Shown here: positions 1 through 8,402 of the stretch, piece by piece
Numbering within the stretch: position 1 is the first letter of the stretch
Layout of the letters: the number at the start of each line of letters is the position of its first letter
From: a virus
Lineage: Duplodnaviria; Caudoviricetes
Direction: 5' to 3' (one strand)
IMG/VR virus record: IMGVR_UViG_3300031553_000024
Span: 1-31,032 of that record
DNA: 31,032 bases
The notes under the pieces: generated by a model
The model's database searches: none
Told to the model about the DNA's origin: nothing
Seen by the model: the letters and a program-made list of their open reading frames with translations, nothing else
Translations under genes and position numbers: made by a program

Positions 1-179
1 CTCCAAACAGGCCGCCGGCGATCATCCGCCTTAGTCTCACAAATACCACCCGACGAACATCTCAGGCACATCCTGCGCTGGCCCGAGCACAGAGTCGCCC
101 CCCTCGGCCAACAGGCTCAGCCCCGCCCCAAGCCCACAATTCATGTCCGAAAACTTACACAATCTTTACGGACAGGTCC

Positions 180-208
180 TTGACATTATATACATGGTGT
201 GCTATAAT
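180..208 (+). promoter_or_regulatory. sigma70-type promoter (early)
   Basis: TTGACA (180-185), 17 bp, TATAAT (203-208), with extended -10 TG; upstream of a purine-rich RBS and the first ORF. Confidence 0.85.
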
Positions 209-243
209 GAGACCGTGAGAGAAAGAAAAGAGGGAGGGGAGCA

Positions 244-402
244 ATGAAAGGCAAATGGGAATTTTGGGCGGAGAAGTGGGCGGGCCCCTCCGGGGCCGAG
301 GCCGAGATTGTTGTCACCAAGAGCGAGCCGGTAGTGGGGTGGTGGCCATATACACACATGCTGACATTCGACAGCGGCGAAACTTATCTCGTTGGAGCAT
401 AA
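244..402 (+). CDS. small hypothetical protein (52 aa, MKGKWEFWAEK...)
   Basis: Own translation; strong GGAGGGGG RBS; first ORF after the promoter; below the ORF-track cutoff. Confidence 0.6.
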   Translation: MKGKWEFWAEKWAGPSGAEAEIVVTKSEPVVGWWPYTHMLTFDSGETYLVGA

Positions 403-424
403 TGCTGAAGGGCGAGGAGAGAAC

Positions 425-727
425 ATGGCCAATACAATGATTACGGTTCTGATAGACGTGGAGCAGTTGGCGGGGCTCGATAGATATATCGAGCCCCGGG
501 GGCGGTCGGAGTTTATCCGCGGCGCGATCAAGCTCCGGCTGGCGTTAGAGCCGATGCTGGGGTCTTGGCGGGTAGAGGAGCAGATCGAACGTGTTCGGGA
601 CGCGCTAAGGGGAGGGCACGATGAACAGATACGAGGTGTGGGATCAGTGCACGCCGGAGGAAGCGGAGGCGCTGGCAGCGGGGATGTACGACGCGGACCA
701 TCCCCGGACGAGCCATCATCCGACTGA
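425..727 (+). CDS. ribbon-helix-helix (CopG/Arc-like) transcriptional regulator
   Basis: ITVLID..LAGLDRYI...RSEFIRGAIKLRL pattern; GAGGAG RBS before ATG 425. Confidence 0.7.
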   Translation: MANTMITVLIDVEQLAGLDRYIEPRGRSEFIRGAIKLRLALEPMLGSWRVEEQIERVRDALRGGHDEQIRGVGSVHAGGSGGAGSGDVRRGPSPDEPSSD

Positions 728-890
728 GGAGGGTCGGTATCGAGGGGGCAACTATGGTTGGCGTTATGTGCCAGCCGACCGGACCGGCGACTGGGGGGCA
801 GAGTGGGAGCCCGAGCCCGCGCCATGGCAGCGAGAGCCGGCGGGCTGGGATGACATGCCCGAGCCCGAGGGGGAGGCCGGGATGCTCTAG
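621..890 (+). CDS. acidic hypothetical protein
   Basis: ORF with GGGAGGG RBS. Confidence 0.6.
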   Translation: MNRYEVWDQCTPEEAEALAAGMYDADHPRTSHHPTEEGRYRGGNYGWRYVPADRTGDWGAEWEPEPAPWQREPAGWDDMPEPEGEAGML

Positions 891-974
891 AATGGGCGGC
901 GGCCACACAGTTGTGGGAGCGGGGCACCTGAGCGGGGCATAGTGAAACCGAAAGCACAGAGAGGAGTGCACAAC

Positions 975-1265
975 ATGAGGCGGATTGTCGCGGGAAAAAG
1001 GTTCGACACAGCGACGGCCACGGTCGTGACCAGCGACCGCTACTGGGACGGGCGCAACTGGGAGCGCAGCGGCCGGAATCAATATCTGTACAGGACGCGG
1101 AACGGGAGTTACTTTGTGGTGAGTACTAGCCTGTGGCAGGGCGAGCGCGACACCTTGGAGCCCATCGACGAGGCGGCGGCCCGGGATCTGTACGAGCAGG
1201 TCCTGCTCGAACATGAATTGGAATACGAGGCCGCCTTCCCGGGTGCGGTCGTCGAGGACGCGTAG
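975..1265 (+). CDS. conserved phage hypothetical protein
   Basis: GKRFDTATA...LYRTRNGSYF...EPIDEAAAR resembles a recurring small phage protein family; GAGGAG RBS. Confidence 0.7.
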   Translation: MRRIVAGKRFDTATATVVTSDRYWDGRNWERSGRNQYLYRTRNGSYFVVSTSLWQGERDTLEPIDEAAARDLYEQVLLEHELEYEAAFPGAVVEDA

Positions 1266-1337
1266 GTAGCAAGGGGCGCGCCCGGGGTGAACACCGCGAC
1301 GGGACCTGACCACAGCGCCGACCAGGGAGGCTTTACA

Positions 1338-1460
1338 GTGGACACGAAAACGTGAACGGGCTACAGTGGGTACACGCGCCAACGGAGCGAGCGGCGACCG
1401 AGGCCGTGGGAACGCGAGCCCGAGGGCTGGGATGATATACCGGAGAGGGATGATGGCTGA
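1338..1460 (+). pseudogene. interrupted remnant paralogous to the C-terminus of ORF 621-890
   Basis: GGGAGG RBS, GTG, in-frame TGA at codon 6, then PWEREPEGWDDIPE (compare PWQREPAGWDDMPE). Confidence 0.4.
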
Positions 1461-1788
1461 ATACACAGAGACAGCAGACGTCGAGTGGGTGGCCGCTGAG
1501 GACGCGCGTACATGGGCAGTGCTTGGGCCTCTCGTGCAGTGTCCAGCGTGTCATGGGGCGATGATGCAAGGGAGTGATGAGACGCCCTGCCCCTGTGATC
1601 TTTGTGCCGGGACGGGGAGGGTTGCGCGCAGCTGTGCAGACGAGTATCTCCGGCTGCTGCACGAATACGAAACGCTGACCGCCGACTATGACAGGATGAT
1701 GACTTGGTACGGAGCAAGCCAGAAGCGCATCGCCGAGCTGCGCGGGGAGCGCGATCGGTACAAGTCGCAGTTGGGCGGGTGGCTATAA
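1450..1788 (+). CDS. zinc-finger protein (CxxCxG...CxxCxGxG) with coiled-coil tail
   Basis: CPACHG and CDLCAGTG motifs. Confidence 0.6.
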   Translation: MMAEYTETADVEWVAAEDARTWAVLGPLVQCPACHGAMMQGSDETPCPCDLCAGTGRVARSCADEYLRLLHEYETLTADYDRMMTWYGASQKRIAELRGERDRYKSQLGGWL

Positions 1789-1871
1789 TGCTGCGCCCGT
1801 CTATCAGAGAACAAGGCCTAGGATGGGCATGGGCGGCGGGGCAACTCGCCGCCCATGAAAAAAGGAGAGCG

Positions 1872-3032
1872 ATGACAGACGCTGGAGAGCTGACGAAGCA
1901 TGAGAGCGCGACGGTGGACACTAATGTGCTGGAGCAGGTGGTGGTCGGCGGAGACTTGGCGCAACTCACAGCACGAGAGCGAGTAGAGTACTACAGCCAA
2001 GTCTGCAAGAGCCTCGCCCTGAACCCGCTGACGCGGCCGTTTGCATATATCAAGCTCCAAGGGCGTTTGACGCTTTACGCGCTTCGGGGCGCGACGGACC
2101 AACTGCGCCGGATCCATGGGGTGAGTGTCGAGGACATGCGCATTGAACAGGCGGGCGGGCTGGTCACGGTTACCCTATCCGTCACTACCGGCGATGGCCG
2201 CAAAGACATTGAGGTGGGCGTCGTGCCACTGCCCGGGGCGCCAATCGGGGATGCCAATGCGGTGATGAAAGCGGTGACGAAGGCCAAGCGCCGGGCGACG
2301 CTGAGCGCGGTGGGGTTGGGATGGCTGGACGAAACGGAGGCAGAGACCATCCCGGACGCCAAGATCGTCACTGTGAACGAAGACACAGGGGAGATTGAGA
2401 GCGAGCAGGCTGCATCATTCGAGGGCAATGGCTGGCGTGGGTTTTTCGACACCGCCGCTGCCAAGACCGGAATCAGTGTCCAGCAACTCAAGAGCTACAT
2501 GGGGGATCCTGCCGATTATGCACACCTGAGCGGCAACGCCAAGAGCGACCTAGCCAAGCAACGGATATCCGTTGGGCTAGACGCCGCCATGGCGGCAGAC
2601 GGCGTATCCGAGCGCGCAGAGGGCCGGCGCAACGCGCCCCCAGCGGACACAGCGCATCGCGCCAGGGGGCGGCGGCCAGAAACCCCGGACGCGGTTCGCG
2701 CCCGGATCCAAGCCGCGGTAGCCACATTGGAGCCCAACAATATTCAGGTGTCCGACGGAGAGCGGGGAGCTATGACCGGTGCATTGGAGAGCCTCTTGCC
2801 GGACATAGCCCCGGCTGCCCGGGCTGCCCAGCGGCACCTGCTGTGCCGCTATCTTGTTGGGGCAGAGAGCAGCAAGGAGATGAATGGCGCTCAGGTGAGG
2901 GCGCTCGCGAACTGGGCACAGGACTATGTAGATAACCAGTATGTGCCGAATCAGGACGCCAAAGCAGAGGCTGGCCAGATCATCGTCTGGCTTGAGCAGG
3001 AAGAAGAAGATGCCGCAACGAGAACACCTTGA
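1872..3032 (+). CDS. probable ssDNA-annealing recombinase (RecT/Redbeta/Sak-like) with long C-terminal extension
   Basis: LNPLTRPF..IKLQGRLTLY and NAVMKAVTKAKRRATL motifs; AAGGAG RBS; early-region position. Confidence 0.55.
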   Translation: MTDAGELTKHESATVDTNVLEQVVVGGDLAQLTARERVEYYSQVCKSLALNPLTRPFAYIKLQGRLTLYALRGATDQLRRIHGVSVEDMRIEQAGGLVTVTLSVTTGDGRKDIEVGVVPLPGAPIGDANAVMKAVTKAKRRATLSAVGLGWLDETEAETIPDAKIVTVNEDTGEIESEQAASFEGNGWRGFFDTAAAKTGISVQQLKSYMGDPADYAHLSGNAKSDLAKQRISVGLDAAMAADGVSERAEGRRNAPPADTAHRARGRRPETPDAVRARIQAAVATLEPNNIQVSDGERGAMTGALESLLPDIAPAARAAQRHLLCRYLVGAESSKEMNGAQVRALANWAQDYVDNQYVPNQDAKAEAGQIIVWLEQEEEDAATRTP

Positions 3033-3189
3033 GGCCCATGACTGGGCACAACGCTCGCCGCCGAGGGCGATGTGACTATATGGCTACGAAAGGTCACTAT
3101 CACAACCGAATACGGTTACTTCCTAGTCGAGGGATCCACGTACAGTACCCCGGGGAGGCGGCCCCGGGGTATACACAAAGGGAAGGGAA

Positions 3190-3591
3190 ATGATGGAGGA
3201 AGAAGCAGGCAGGCCGAGAAACCACTGGGGGATCACATTCGGGACCAGGCGGATCAATTTGCCCTTCAGGCTGGTAAACGACCCGGACTATACCGATCAG
3301 GCAATCCGACTAGCCGTGTTCCTAGACTGGTGCTCAAAGCGGAGAGAGGAGTCGGTCCGGCACGCCATCCCTGGGTGGCGTCTGGCAATAGAACTGGACT
3401 GGAGCGAGGCTCGTGCGCTAAGCACTGCTACGGAACTGGCCGAGCGCGGATGGATCGCGATACGGTACGGCCCTCAGTGGGAGCGCAGCGCATACGACAC
3501 CCGGGAGAGCATTCTCTACGACCTGCATTATGAGATAAAGATGCAGGAAGGGGAGGGCGGAAAGAGTGATGACAAAGTGGAGAAGGGTTAG
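3190..3591 (+). CDS. hypothetical protein
   Basis: ORF with RBS in a tightly packed operon. Confidence 0.55.
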   Translation: MMEEEAGRPRNHWGITFGTRRINLPFRLVNDPDYTDQAIRLAVFLDWCSKRREESVRHAIPGWRLAIELDWSEARALSTATELAERGWIAIRYGPQWERSAYDTRESILYDLHYEIKMQEGEGGKSDDKVEKG

Positions 3592-3832
3592 AGTCGTTGA
3601 TCGTAGCATGTGGGGCTATGGTCCATATCCTCGGATTGTAAGCGTATCCGTGCCATGGATCTGCCCAGTGTGCGGCGGCCCGAGGGGCGAGCCCAAGGAG
3701 CATCACTTCTATGAGGGCGGCGACTGGTACACCTGCAGCGTGTGGGACAATCCGTGTGGCCACGTTGACAAAGACGCGGCCGTCCTGGCAGAGGGAGCGC
3801 ACTACTGGGCGGCGCGGGGGAGGCCACGATGA
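3566..3832 (+). CDS. small zinc-binding hypothetical protein
   Basis: CPVCGGPRG...CSVWDNPCGH; ATGA overlap with the next gene. Confidence 0.6.
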   Translation: MMTKWRRVRVVDRSMWGYGPYPRIVSVSVPWICPVCGGPRGEPKEHHFYEGGDWYTCSVWDNPCGHVDKDAAVLAEGAHYWAARGRPR

Positions 3833-4134
3833 ATCTCTACACGGTTATGAGCGAGGAGATTTGGTATACCGAGAAGATTCTAGCCGGCTCTGGGCCACGG
3901 GAGATATACATCATCGCAGAATTGGTCATCGCACGGAACCGAAGCCAGGCCACGTGGCTGGCCTGGAAAAGCGACCCTGCCTATTGGGTATATGATGACA
4001 TTCACGAGATGCCCAAGTTCTCGGTGCACATCAAAAAGCACGGCGTGGCCGGGCCAGCGCGGATAGTGACAGAAGAACTCGGAGAGGAAGGGGAGGCATT
4101 ATGGGGTCTGAACGAGGCAACCTCGACGACCTAA
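3829..4134 (+). CDS. hypothetical protein
   Basis: ATGA-coupled ORF with GGAGG RBS. Confidence 0.6.
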   Translation: MNLYTVMSEEIWYTEKILAGSGPREIYIIAELVIARNRSQATWLAWKSDPAYWVYDDIHEMPKFSVHIKKHGVAGPARIVTEELGEEGEALWGLNEATSTT

Positions 4135-4649
4135 TGGGGCTACACGCGCAAGTCGAGGATTCCGTGGAGGAGACAGAGAGTGTTGTCAGGGCCTTGCGCA
4201 GGCCCTACAGTCTGCTGCCGAATGCCTGGTGGCTGAGAAGGCAGGCCGACAGGATAAAGGCGGCAAGGGACTCGGTCCTGTTGCTCGTCGATGATCTACG
4301 TAAGCTGCAGGAGTTATATGCGCGCATGGCAAGAGGGCCCGACGAACAGATGGCCGAGGAGGGCAATTGTGGCGAAATGGCTGAGCCACTGCGCAGGTTG
4401 CAAGCCTTGGTCGGGAGACGATTGCCCTGTGGGGGGTTTGAGGAGTCGTTTTGGGATCTCTCCAAAAAGATGGGATGGGCCGGGATCCATTACGAGGCCG
4501 GCCTGGGCGGCGGTTGGTTCGTGCGGGCCGGGGCCCGTATCGGCACTGACTATATAACTGACGAACATCATGATCCGGAGGCTGCTCTGGCGGAAGCCGA
4601 AGCCGCGGCGGATGCTATAGGGAAAGAGATGGAGGAAGATAGCGGATGA
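4134..4649 (+). CDS. hypothetical protein
   Basis: TAATG coupling upstream, ATGA coupling downstream. Confidence 0.55.
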   Translation: MGLHAQVEDSVEETESVVRALRRPYSLLPNAWWLRRQADRIKAARDSVLLLVDDLRKLQELYARMARGPDEQMAEEGNCGEMAEPLRRLQALVGRRLPCGGFEESFWDLSKKMGWAGIHYEAGLGGGWFVRAGARIGTDYITDEHHDPEAALAEAEAAADAIGKEMEEDSG

Positions 4650-5215
4650 CAGAAGAATTGGCAGGGACGAAGTGGCAAGAAGGCAAGCCGCCGCGACAGG
4701 GCCTCTACAAGGCGCGCTTTCGGGATGGATCCCAGGGCATTGCTTGGTGGCACAAGACGCCGGCCTGGGGGCACTGGGTGGCGAGGGTCATGGATTCTAA
4801 GGAGTTAGGGTTGCATGCCAGCATATCTCCGGAGTATTGGGCCCCAATTATTTGGCCAGAGGATGGGGCAAAGCCCGACGAGACGCAGCCCGGATGGGAT
4901 GAGCCCAAGGAGCAGGCCCCCGACGACGCTGCCCTATTGTCAAGGCCCGAGCCAGAGGAGATTGGCGAATCGCTTGAGGCGCTCGGGTACGTCGCCTTCG
5001 AGGAGGATAGTAACAGAACGGGGACATGGACATATACGGAGCCACAGGAGGTCTGGCTGAAGATGAATATCTGCAACGATTATACCGAGCGCTGGAGGGT
5101 GGTGGCCGTCGTGGAGGATGATCCCGTCTACTCTACTGCTGGACATCGTAGCCCTCGCGAAGCGATTGATGAGGCGTGGGAGGCCGCATACCAGGTCAGC
5201 AAGGTGAGAGAATGA
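4646..5215 (+). CDS. hypothetical protein, DUF551-like N-terminus
   Basis: WQEGKPP..GLY...YWAPIIWPE. Confidence 0.55.
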   Translation: MTEELAGTKWQEGKPPRQGLYKARFRDGSQGIAWWHKTPAWGHWVARVMDSKELGLHASISPEYWAPIIWPEDGAKPDETQPGWDEPKEQAPDDAALLSRPEPEEIGESLEALGYVAFEEDSNRTGTWTYTEPQEVWLKMNICNDYTERWRVVAVVEDDPVYSTAGHRSPREAIDEAWEAAYQVSKVRE

Positions 5216-5338
5216 TGAGGTACGAGGGGAAGGACTCAGGATGACACAGCTAATGATACAGAATTTGGCGGCGGCGGGCATTGTGCTTGTGGCCACAGTC
5301 GTTGCTATCTTGGCAGAGGCCAGTAGGCGGGGCCGCTT

Positions 5339-5560
5339 GTGAATCTCATGAGAACAAGTAGACCGGAGAGGCCAAGCGAGTGGATCATAGAGGAGACGCC
5401 ACGGACGTTCACAGGCACAATCAATGCGTCCCGAGCCTGGGCGTGCTATGCGGCGCACTTTGAGAGCTGGTCGCTGTATCGAGGGAGTACATCTACATCG
5501 GCGAGCCTGCCAAGGCAGTGCCTCACATTGTGGGTGCGACGGAAGGGAAAGCATGAGTGA
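5339..5560 (+). CDS. hypothetical protein
   Basis: Fills a gap in the operon; start uncertain. Confidence 0.4.
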   Translation: MNLMRTSRPERPSEWIIEETPRTFTGTINASRAWACYAAHFESWSLYRGSTSTSASLPRQCLTLWVRRKGKHE

Positions 5561-5585
5561 GAAACCGATTATTATGTCGGCGTGG
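5553..5585 (+). repeat. 33-bp exact direct repeat, copy 1
   Basis: ATGAGTGAGAAACCGATTATTATGTCGGCGTGG, identical to 6451-6483. Confidence 0.95.
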
Positions 5586-5620
5586 CTGGAAGCCATCTTT
5601 CACGGATATAGGAGAGGACG

Positions 5621-5830
5621 ATGAAGGAGCTACGAGACGCTTACAAGGATGTGGTCTCCCTGGAGTACAGAGTGGAGCAAGAGGAAGAGTCGAGCCTGCG
5701 TAACGAAAACTGGTACTGCAAGGCGCAGGCGGAGCGGCTAGCCAACCTGCGGCTCGCAGTGGAGCGCCTGGCTTGGGTAGTGCGGCAGGAGGAAGAGCGG
5801 TGGATGCGTCGACAGAGCGCAACGAAGTGA
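5621..5830 (+). CDS. small coiled-coil hypothetical protein
   Basis: GGAGAGG RBS; coupled on both sides. Confidence 0.55.
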   Translation: MKELRDAYKDVVSLEYRVEQEEESSLRNENWYCKAQAERLANLRLAVERLAWVVRQEEERWMRRQSATK

Positions 5831-6267
5831 TGCCTGACACGGGGTGGCAGAAGGGGCCGGGGTTTGTGTTGCAGCCGGAAGGGCAAGAAGGTGAACCGCC
5901 AGACGAGGGGCTATATCTGGTGTGTGACGACGGGGTGCGTGCCGTCGCACGATGGTCTGACAATCGCTGGGAGCGGGACGTCTCTGCGCCAAGCCGAACG
6001 GGGGTACAAGCCAAGTATGTGCATTGGGCGTCGATCATATGGCCAGAGAGCTTGCGGCACTATGAGGACGGCAACTGGTTACTAGACAGCAAGGACGGGC
6101 CCCCTCGCTCCGGGGGTTCGCTCATCACCCGCCTGCTGGAGCTGGCGCAAGAGCAATGCGAATCAGAGGAGCATTCTCATGACCACGAATGGGTATCGGC
6201 CGGACTACGCAGTGCCCCCGGGCTACACTCTAGCGGAGACCCTCACGGCACTCAAGATGAGTTATGA
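5830..6267 (+). CDS. hypothetical protein, DUF551-like, paralog of 4646-5215
   Basis: QEGEPP..GLY...HWASIIWPE; TGATG coupling. Confidence 0.55.
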   Translation: MPDTGWQKGPGFVLQPEGQEGEPPDEGLYLVCDDGVRAVARWSDNRWERDVSAPSRTGVQAKYVHWASIIWPESLRHYEDGNWLLDSKDGPPRSGGSLITRLLELAQEQCESEEHSHDHEWVSAGLRSAPGLHSSGDPHGTQDEL

Positions 6268-6454
6268 AGAGCTGTGTGAGAGGACTGGTCTTTCTCGGCA
6301 GTACGTTCGTGGGATTTTGAAAGGGGAGCGAATGCTTACGCCGGGCATAGCGCTCCTGCTGGAGGAAGCCACGACAGTCCCGGTGCGGATGTGGGATGCG
6401 TTGGAGGCCAACTATCGTGCTGCGCTGGCAGCAGAAAGGGAGCAGTCTCGATGA
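6179..6454 (+). CDS. higA: HigA-family XRE HTH antitoxin-like protein
   Basis: PDYAVPPG.TL.E.L....MS..EL..RTGLS......ILKG...LTP.IAL.LE....VP...W..LEANY; GAGGAG RBS. Confidence 0.8.
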   Translation: MTTNGYRPDYAVPPGYTLAETLTALKMSYEELCERTGLSRQYVRGILKGERMLTPGIALLLEEATTVPVRMWDALEANYRAALAAEREQSR

Positions 6455-6483
6455 GTGAGAAACCGATTATTATGTCGGCGTGG
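6451..6483 (+). repeat. 33-bp exact direct repeat, copy 2 (5' end of the ASCH gene)
   Basis: Identical to 5553-5585. Confidence 0.95.
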
Positions 6484-7035
6484 TCGATCAGGCGAATCCT
6501 TACGGGCGTGAAGACGCAAACGCGACGGGTCATGCGCGCGGATGTGCCTGCAGATGTGGTGGAATTCTTGGCGGGAGAGTACTGGGTCGGAATGGGCGCA
6601 GGGAGCCATCGATTGATGGAGGCGCGGCCTCCATACACGCGAGGCGACCGATTGTGGGTGCGAGAGGCGCTGCGCCGAGCCACTCGCGCGTCTGGCCCCT
6701 CTCCCTACGCCATATACACATACGACGGGACTCCGGCACAACCCATGTGGGCATGGGCTCGCCTAGCGTTACCTGCGAGATACATGCCCAAGAGCTGCGC
6801 GCGATTGTGGCTGACCTGCACCGATGTCGAGGCAAAGCGGCTTTGGCATATGTCGCCAGATGATGTGGAGGCCGAGGGGGCGGAGAGCGGCGACGAGTTC
6901 GTCGCTACCTGGCGCACCCTGCACCCGAAGCGGGGGCAGTGGGGAGACAATCCCTGGGTATGGGTAATCAAGTTCCGGCTAGGCACATTTTATCCTAAGA
7001 CTACGATGCCGAGAGATGACCAATTGAACCAGTAA
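6451..7035 (+). CDS. ASCH/PUA-like phage protein
   Basis: ILTGVKTQTRR, GDRLWVRE, YMPK..ARLWL, AEG, NPWVWVIKF. Confidence 0.8.
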   Translation: MSEKPIIMSAWSIRRILTGVKTQTRRVMRADVPADVVEFLAGEYWVGMGAGSHRLMEARPPYTRGDRLWVREALRRATRASGPSPYAIYTYDGTPAQPMWAWARLALPARYMPKSCARLWLTCTDVEAKRLWHMSPDDVEAEGAESGDEFVATWRTLHPKRGQWGDNPWVWVIKFRLGTFYPKTTMPRDDQLNQ

Positions 7036-7118
7036 GGACTGCTTACTGGTTGGCAGGTAACCACAGGGAATTGGGGCACAGAGACACGAAGGGAGAACAA
7101 TGACCCAGGGTTGGGAGA

Positions 7119-7364
7119 GTGGGGAACTGCGACAGGTGCCGGAATGGCAGAAAGGGGACCCTCCGGCGGCCGGGTGGCATCATTGACGTTGTGCTAATCG
7201 GTGCGTGTTTTGCAGGCGCGGCCGTGGCTGTGGCTATTGTTGGCCAAGTCATAAAGGAGCATGGGGAGTGGGTTGAACGATGCCTCACTGGCGTTGCACC
7301 GCTCAGCAATCTCGAAAACGACACCGGGCCGGAGCGGGATGAGCCGACAGGAGAAGACCAATGA
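7119..7364 (+). CDS. small membrane protein
   Basis: One hydrophobic segment; ATGA coupling. Confidence 0.45.
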   Translation: MGNCDRCRNGRKGTLRRPGGIIDVVLIGACFAGAAVAVAIVGQVIKEHGEWVERCLTGVAPLSNLENDTGPERDEPTGEDQ

Positions 7365-7573
7365 GCAAGAAACCAAAGCTGTCGATGATGGAAGCCTCGA
7401 AGCGTATCCTTCTGGGGATGTTAGAGATGCAAGTCCCGTCAGGACGGGGGCGACAAGAAGATCGCGTCAAGGCCAGGGGCGTGATGCGACGGTTCCTTGC
7501 CGTGCCGCAAGCGCTGAGCCATTTAGAATGCGAGAGATTGATAGAGGAGTGGGTGCGTGGCACAGCGAAGTAG
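7361..7573 (+). CDS. hypothetical protein
   Basis: AGGAG RBS; coupled ORF. Confidence 0.55.
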   Translation: MSKKPKLSMMEASKRILLGMLEMQVPSGRGRQEDRVKARGVMRRFLAVPQALSHLECERLIEEWVRGTAK

Positions 7574-7907
7574 GAGCAAGTACGGGAATGTGAAGACTGT
7601 TGTGGACGGGATCACTTTTGACTCCAAGGCCGAGGCAACCCGATATAGCGAATTGCGGATGCTGGAGAAAGCCGGCAAGATCAGCAAGCTGACGCTTCAG
7701 CCGGCCTTTGTCATCATCACGCCCGGACGGGATTGGCTCGGCAAGGAACGTGGTCCCATTCGCTACGTGGCGGACTTTGCCTATTATGAGGACGACGAGC
7801 ATGTCGTCGAGGAGGTGAAGGGAAGGGCCACGCCGCTCTATAAGTTGAAGGCGCGGCTCTTTCGGGCACAGTATCCGGACAAGGTTTACAAAGTGATTCG
7901 GGTGTAG
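7557..7907 (+). CDS. DUF1064-family PD-(D/E)XK endonuclease-like protein
   Basis: SKYGN.KTVVDGITFDSKAEA.RY.EL; YVADF.Y; VVEEVKG; Y.LK..LF. Confidence 0.88.
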   Translation: MAQRSRSKYGNVKTVVDGITFDSKAEATRYSELRMLEKAGKISKLTLQPAFVIITPGRDWLGKERGPIRYVADFAYYEDDEHVVEEVKGRATPLYKLKARLFRAQYPDKVYKVIRV

Positions 7908-7912
7908 GAGGC

Positions 7913-8104
7913 ATGATGGGTCGGTGGGGGAATCTGGACCCGACGTGGCGTATAATAACACATCTGGTTATATCTATGGTGCTTATGGCAGCCGCGCTCG
8001 GCGCCGACGAGCTCTGGATACAACTCCTATTCCTAGCCCTGCTTGCAGGCAATGTCGTAGCGCTTGTTAGGTGGGGGCAAGGTGAGCCGCGCCTGTGGAA
8101 GTGA
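7913..8104 (+). CDS. small two-TM membrane protein
   Basis: AGGAGG RBS; two hydrophobic segments. Confidence 0.6.
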   Translation: MMGRWGNLDPTWRIITHLVISMVLMAAALGADELWIQLLFLALLAGNVVALVRWGQGEPRLWK

Positions 8105-8138
8105 GGGGGCACAATGGCTCAAGGAGAGGAGGGGCGAC

Positions 8139-8384
8139 GTGGGCGATGATAGTTCATTGACGCTTGTTGTAACCACGGACGTGTTTGGAGACCCTGTCGT
8201 AGCGGACGATCAGGGTGGCGTCTCCAGGTCTTGGGCCAGTGCCGGGGCCCCGACGCTAGAATTGGCCCTGTACAAGTATACCATGGCACTGAGGGAAGCA
8301 TATGCCCAAGCCTTCCGTAGCCCTCATAAGGAGGACCGCCGCCGGGCATGGGAGATGGGAGAATGGCTCGGGGACGGTGAGTAG
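8139..8384 (+). CDS. hypothetical protein
   Basis: AGGAGGGG RBS before GTG 8139. Confidence 0.5.
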   Translation: MGDDSSLTLVVTTDVFGDPVVADDQGGVSRSWASAGAPTLELALYKYTMALREAYAQAFRSPHKEDRRRAWEMGEWLGDGE

Positions 8385-8402
8385 CCGGCGAGGTCGCCGA
8401 TA

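Noticed and set aside
202-1466. Long minus-strand ORFs 202-957 and 528-1466, and similar shadows elsewhere
   Set aside because: Pro/Arg/Ser-rich antisense shadows of + strand genes with no motifs or RBS, unlike 21519-22436.
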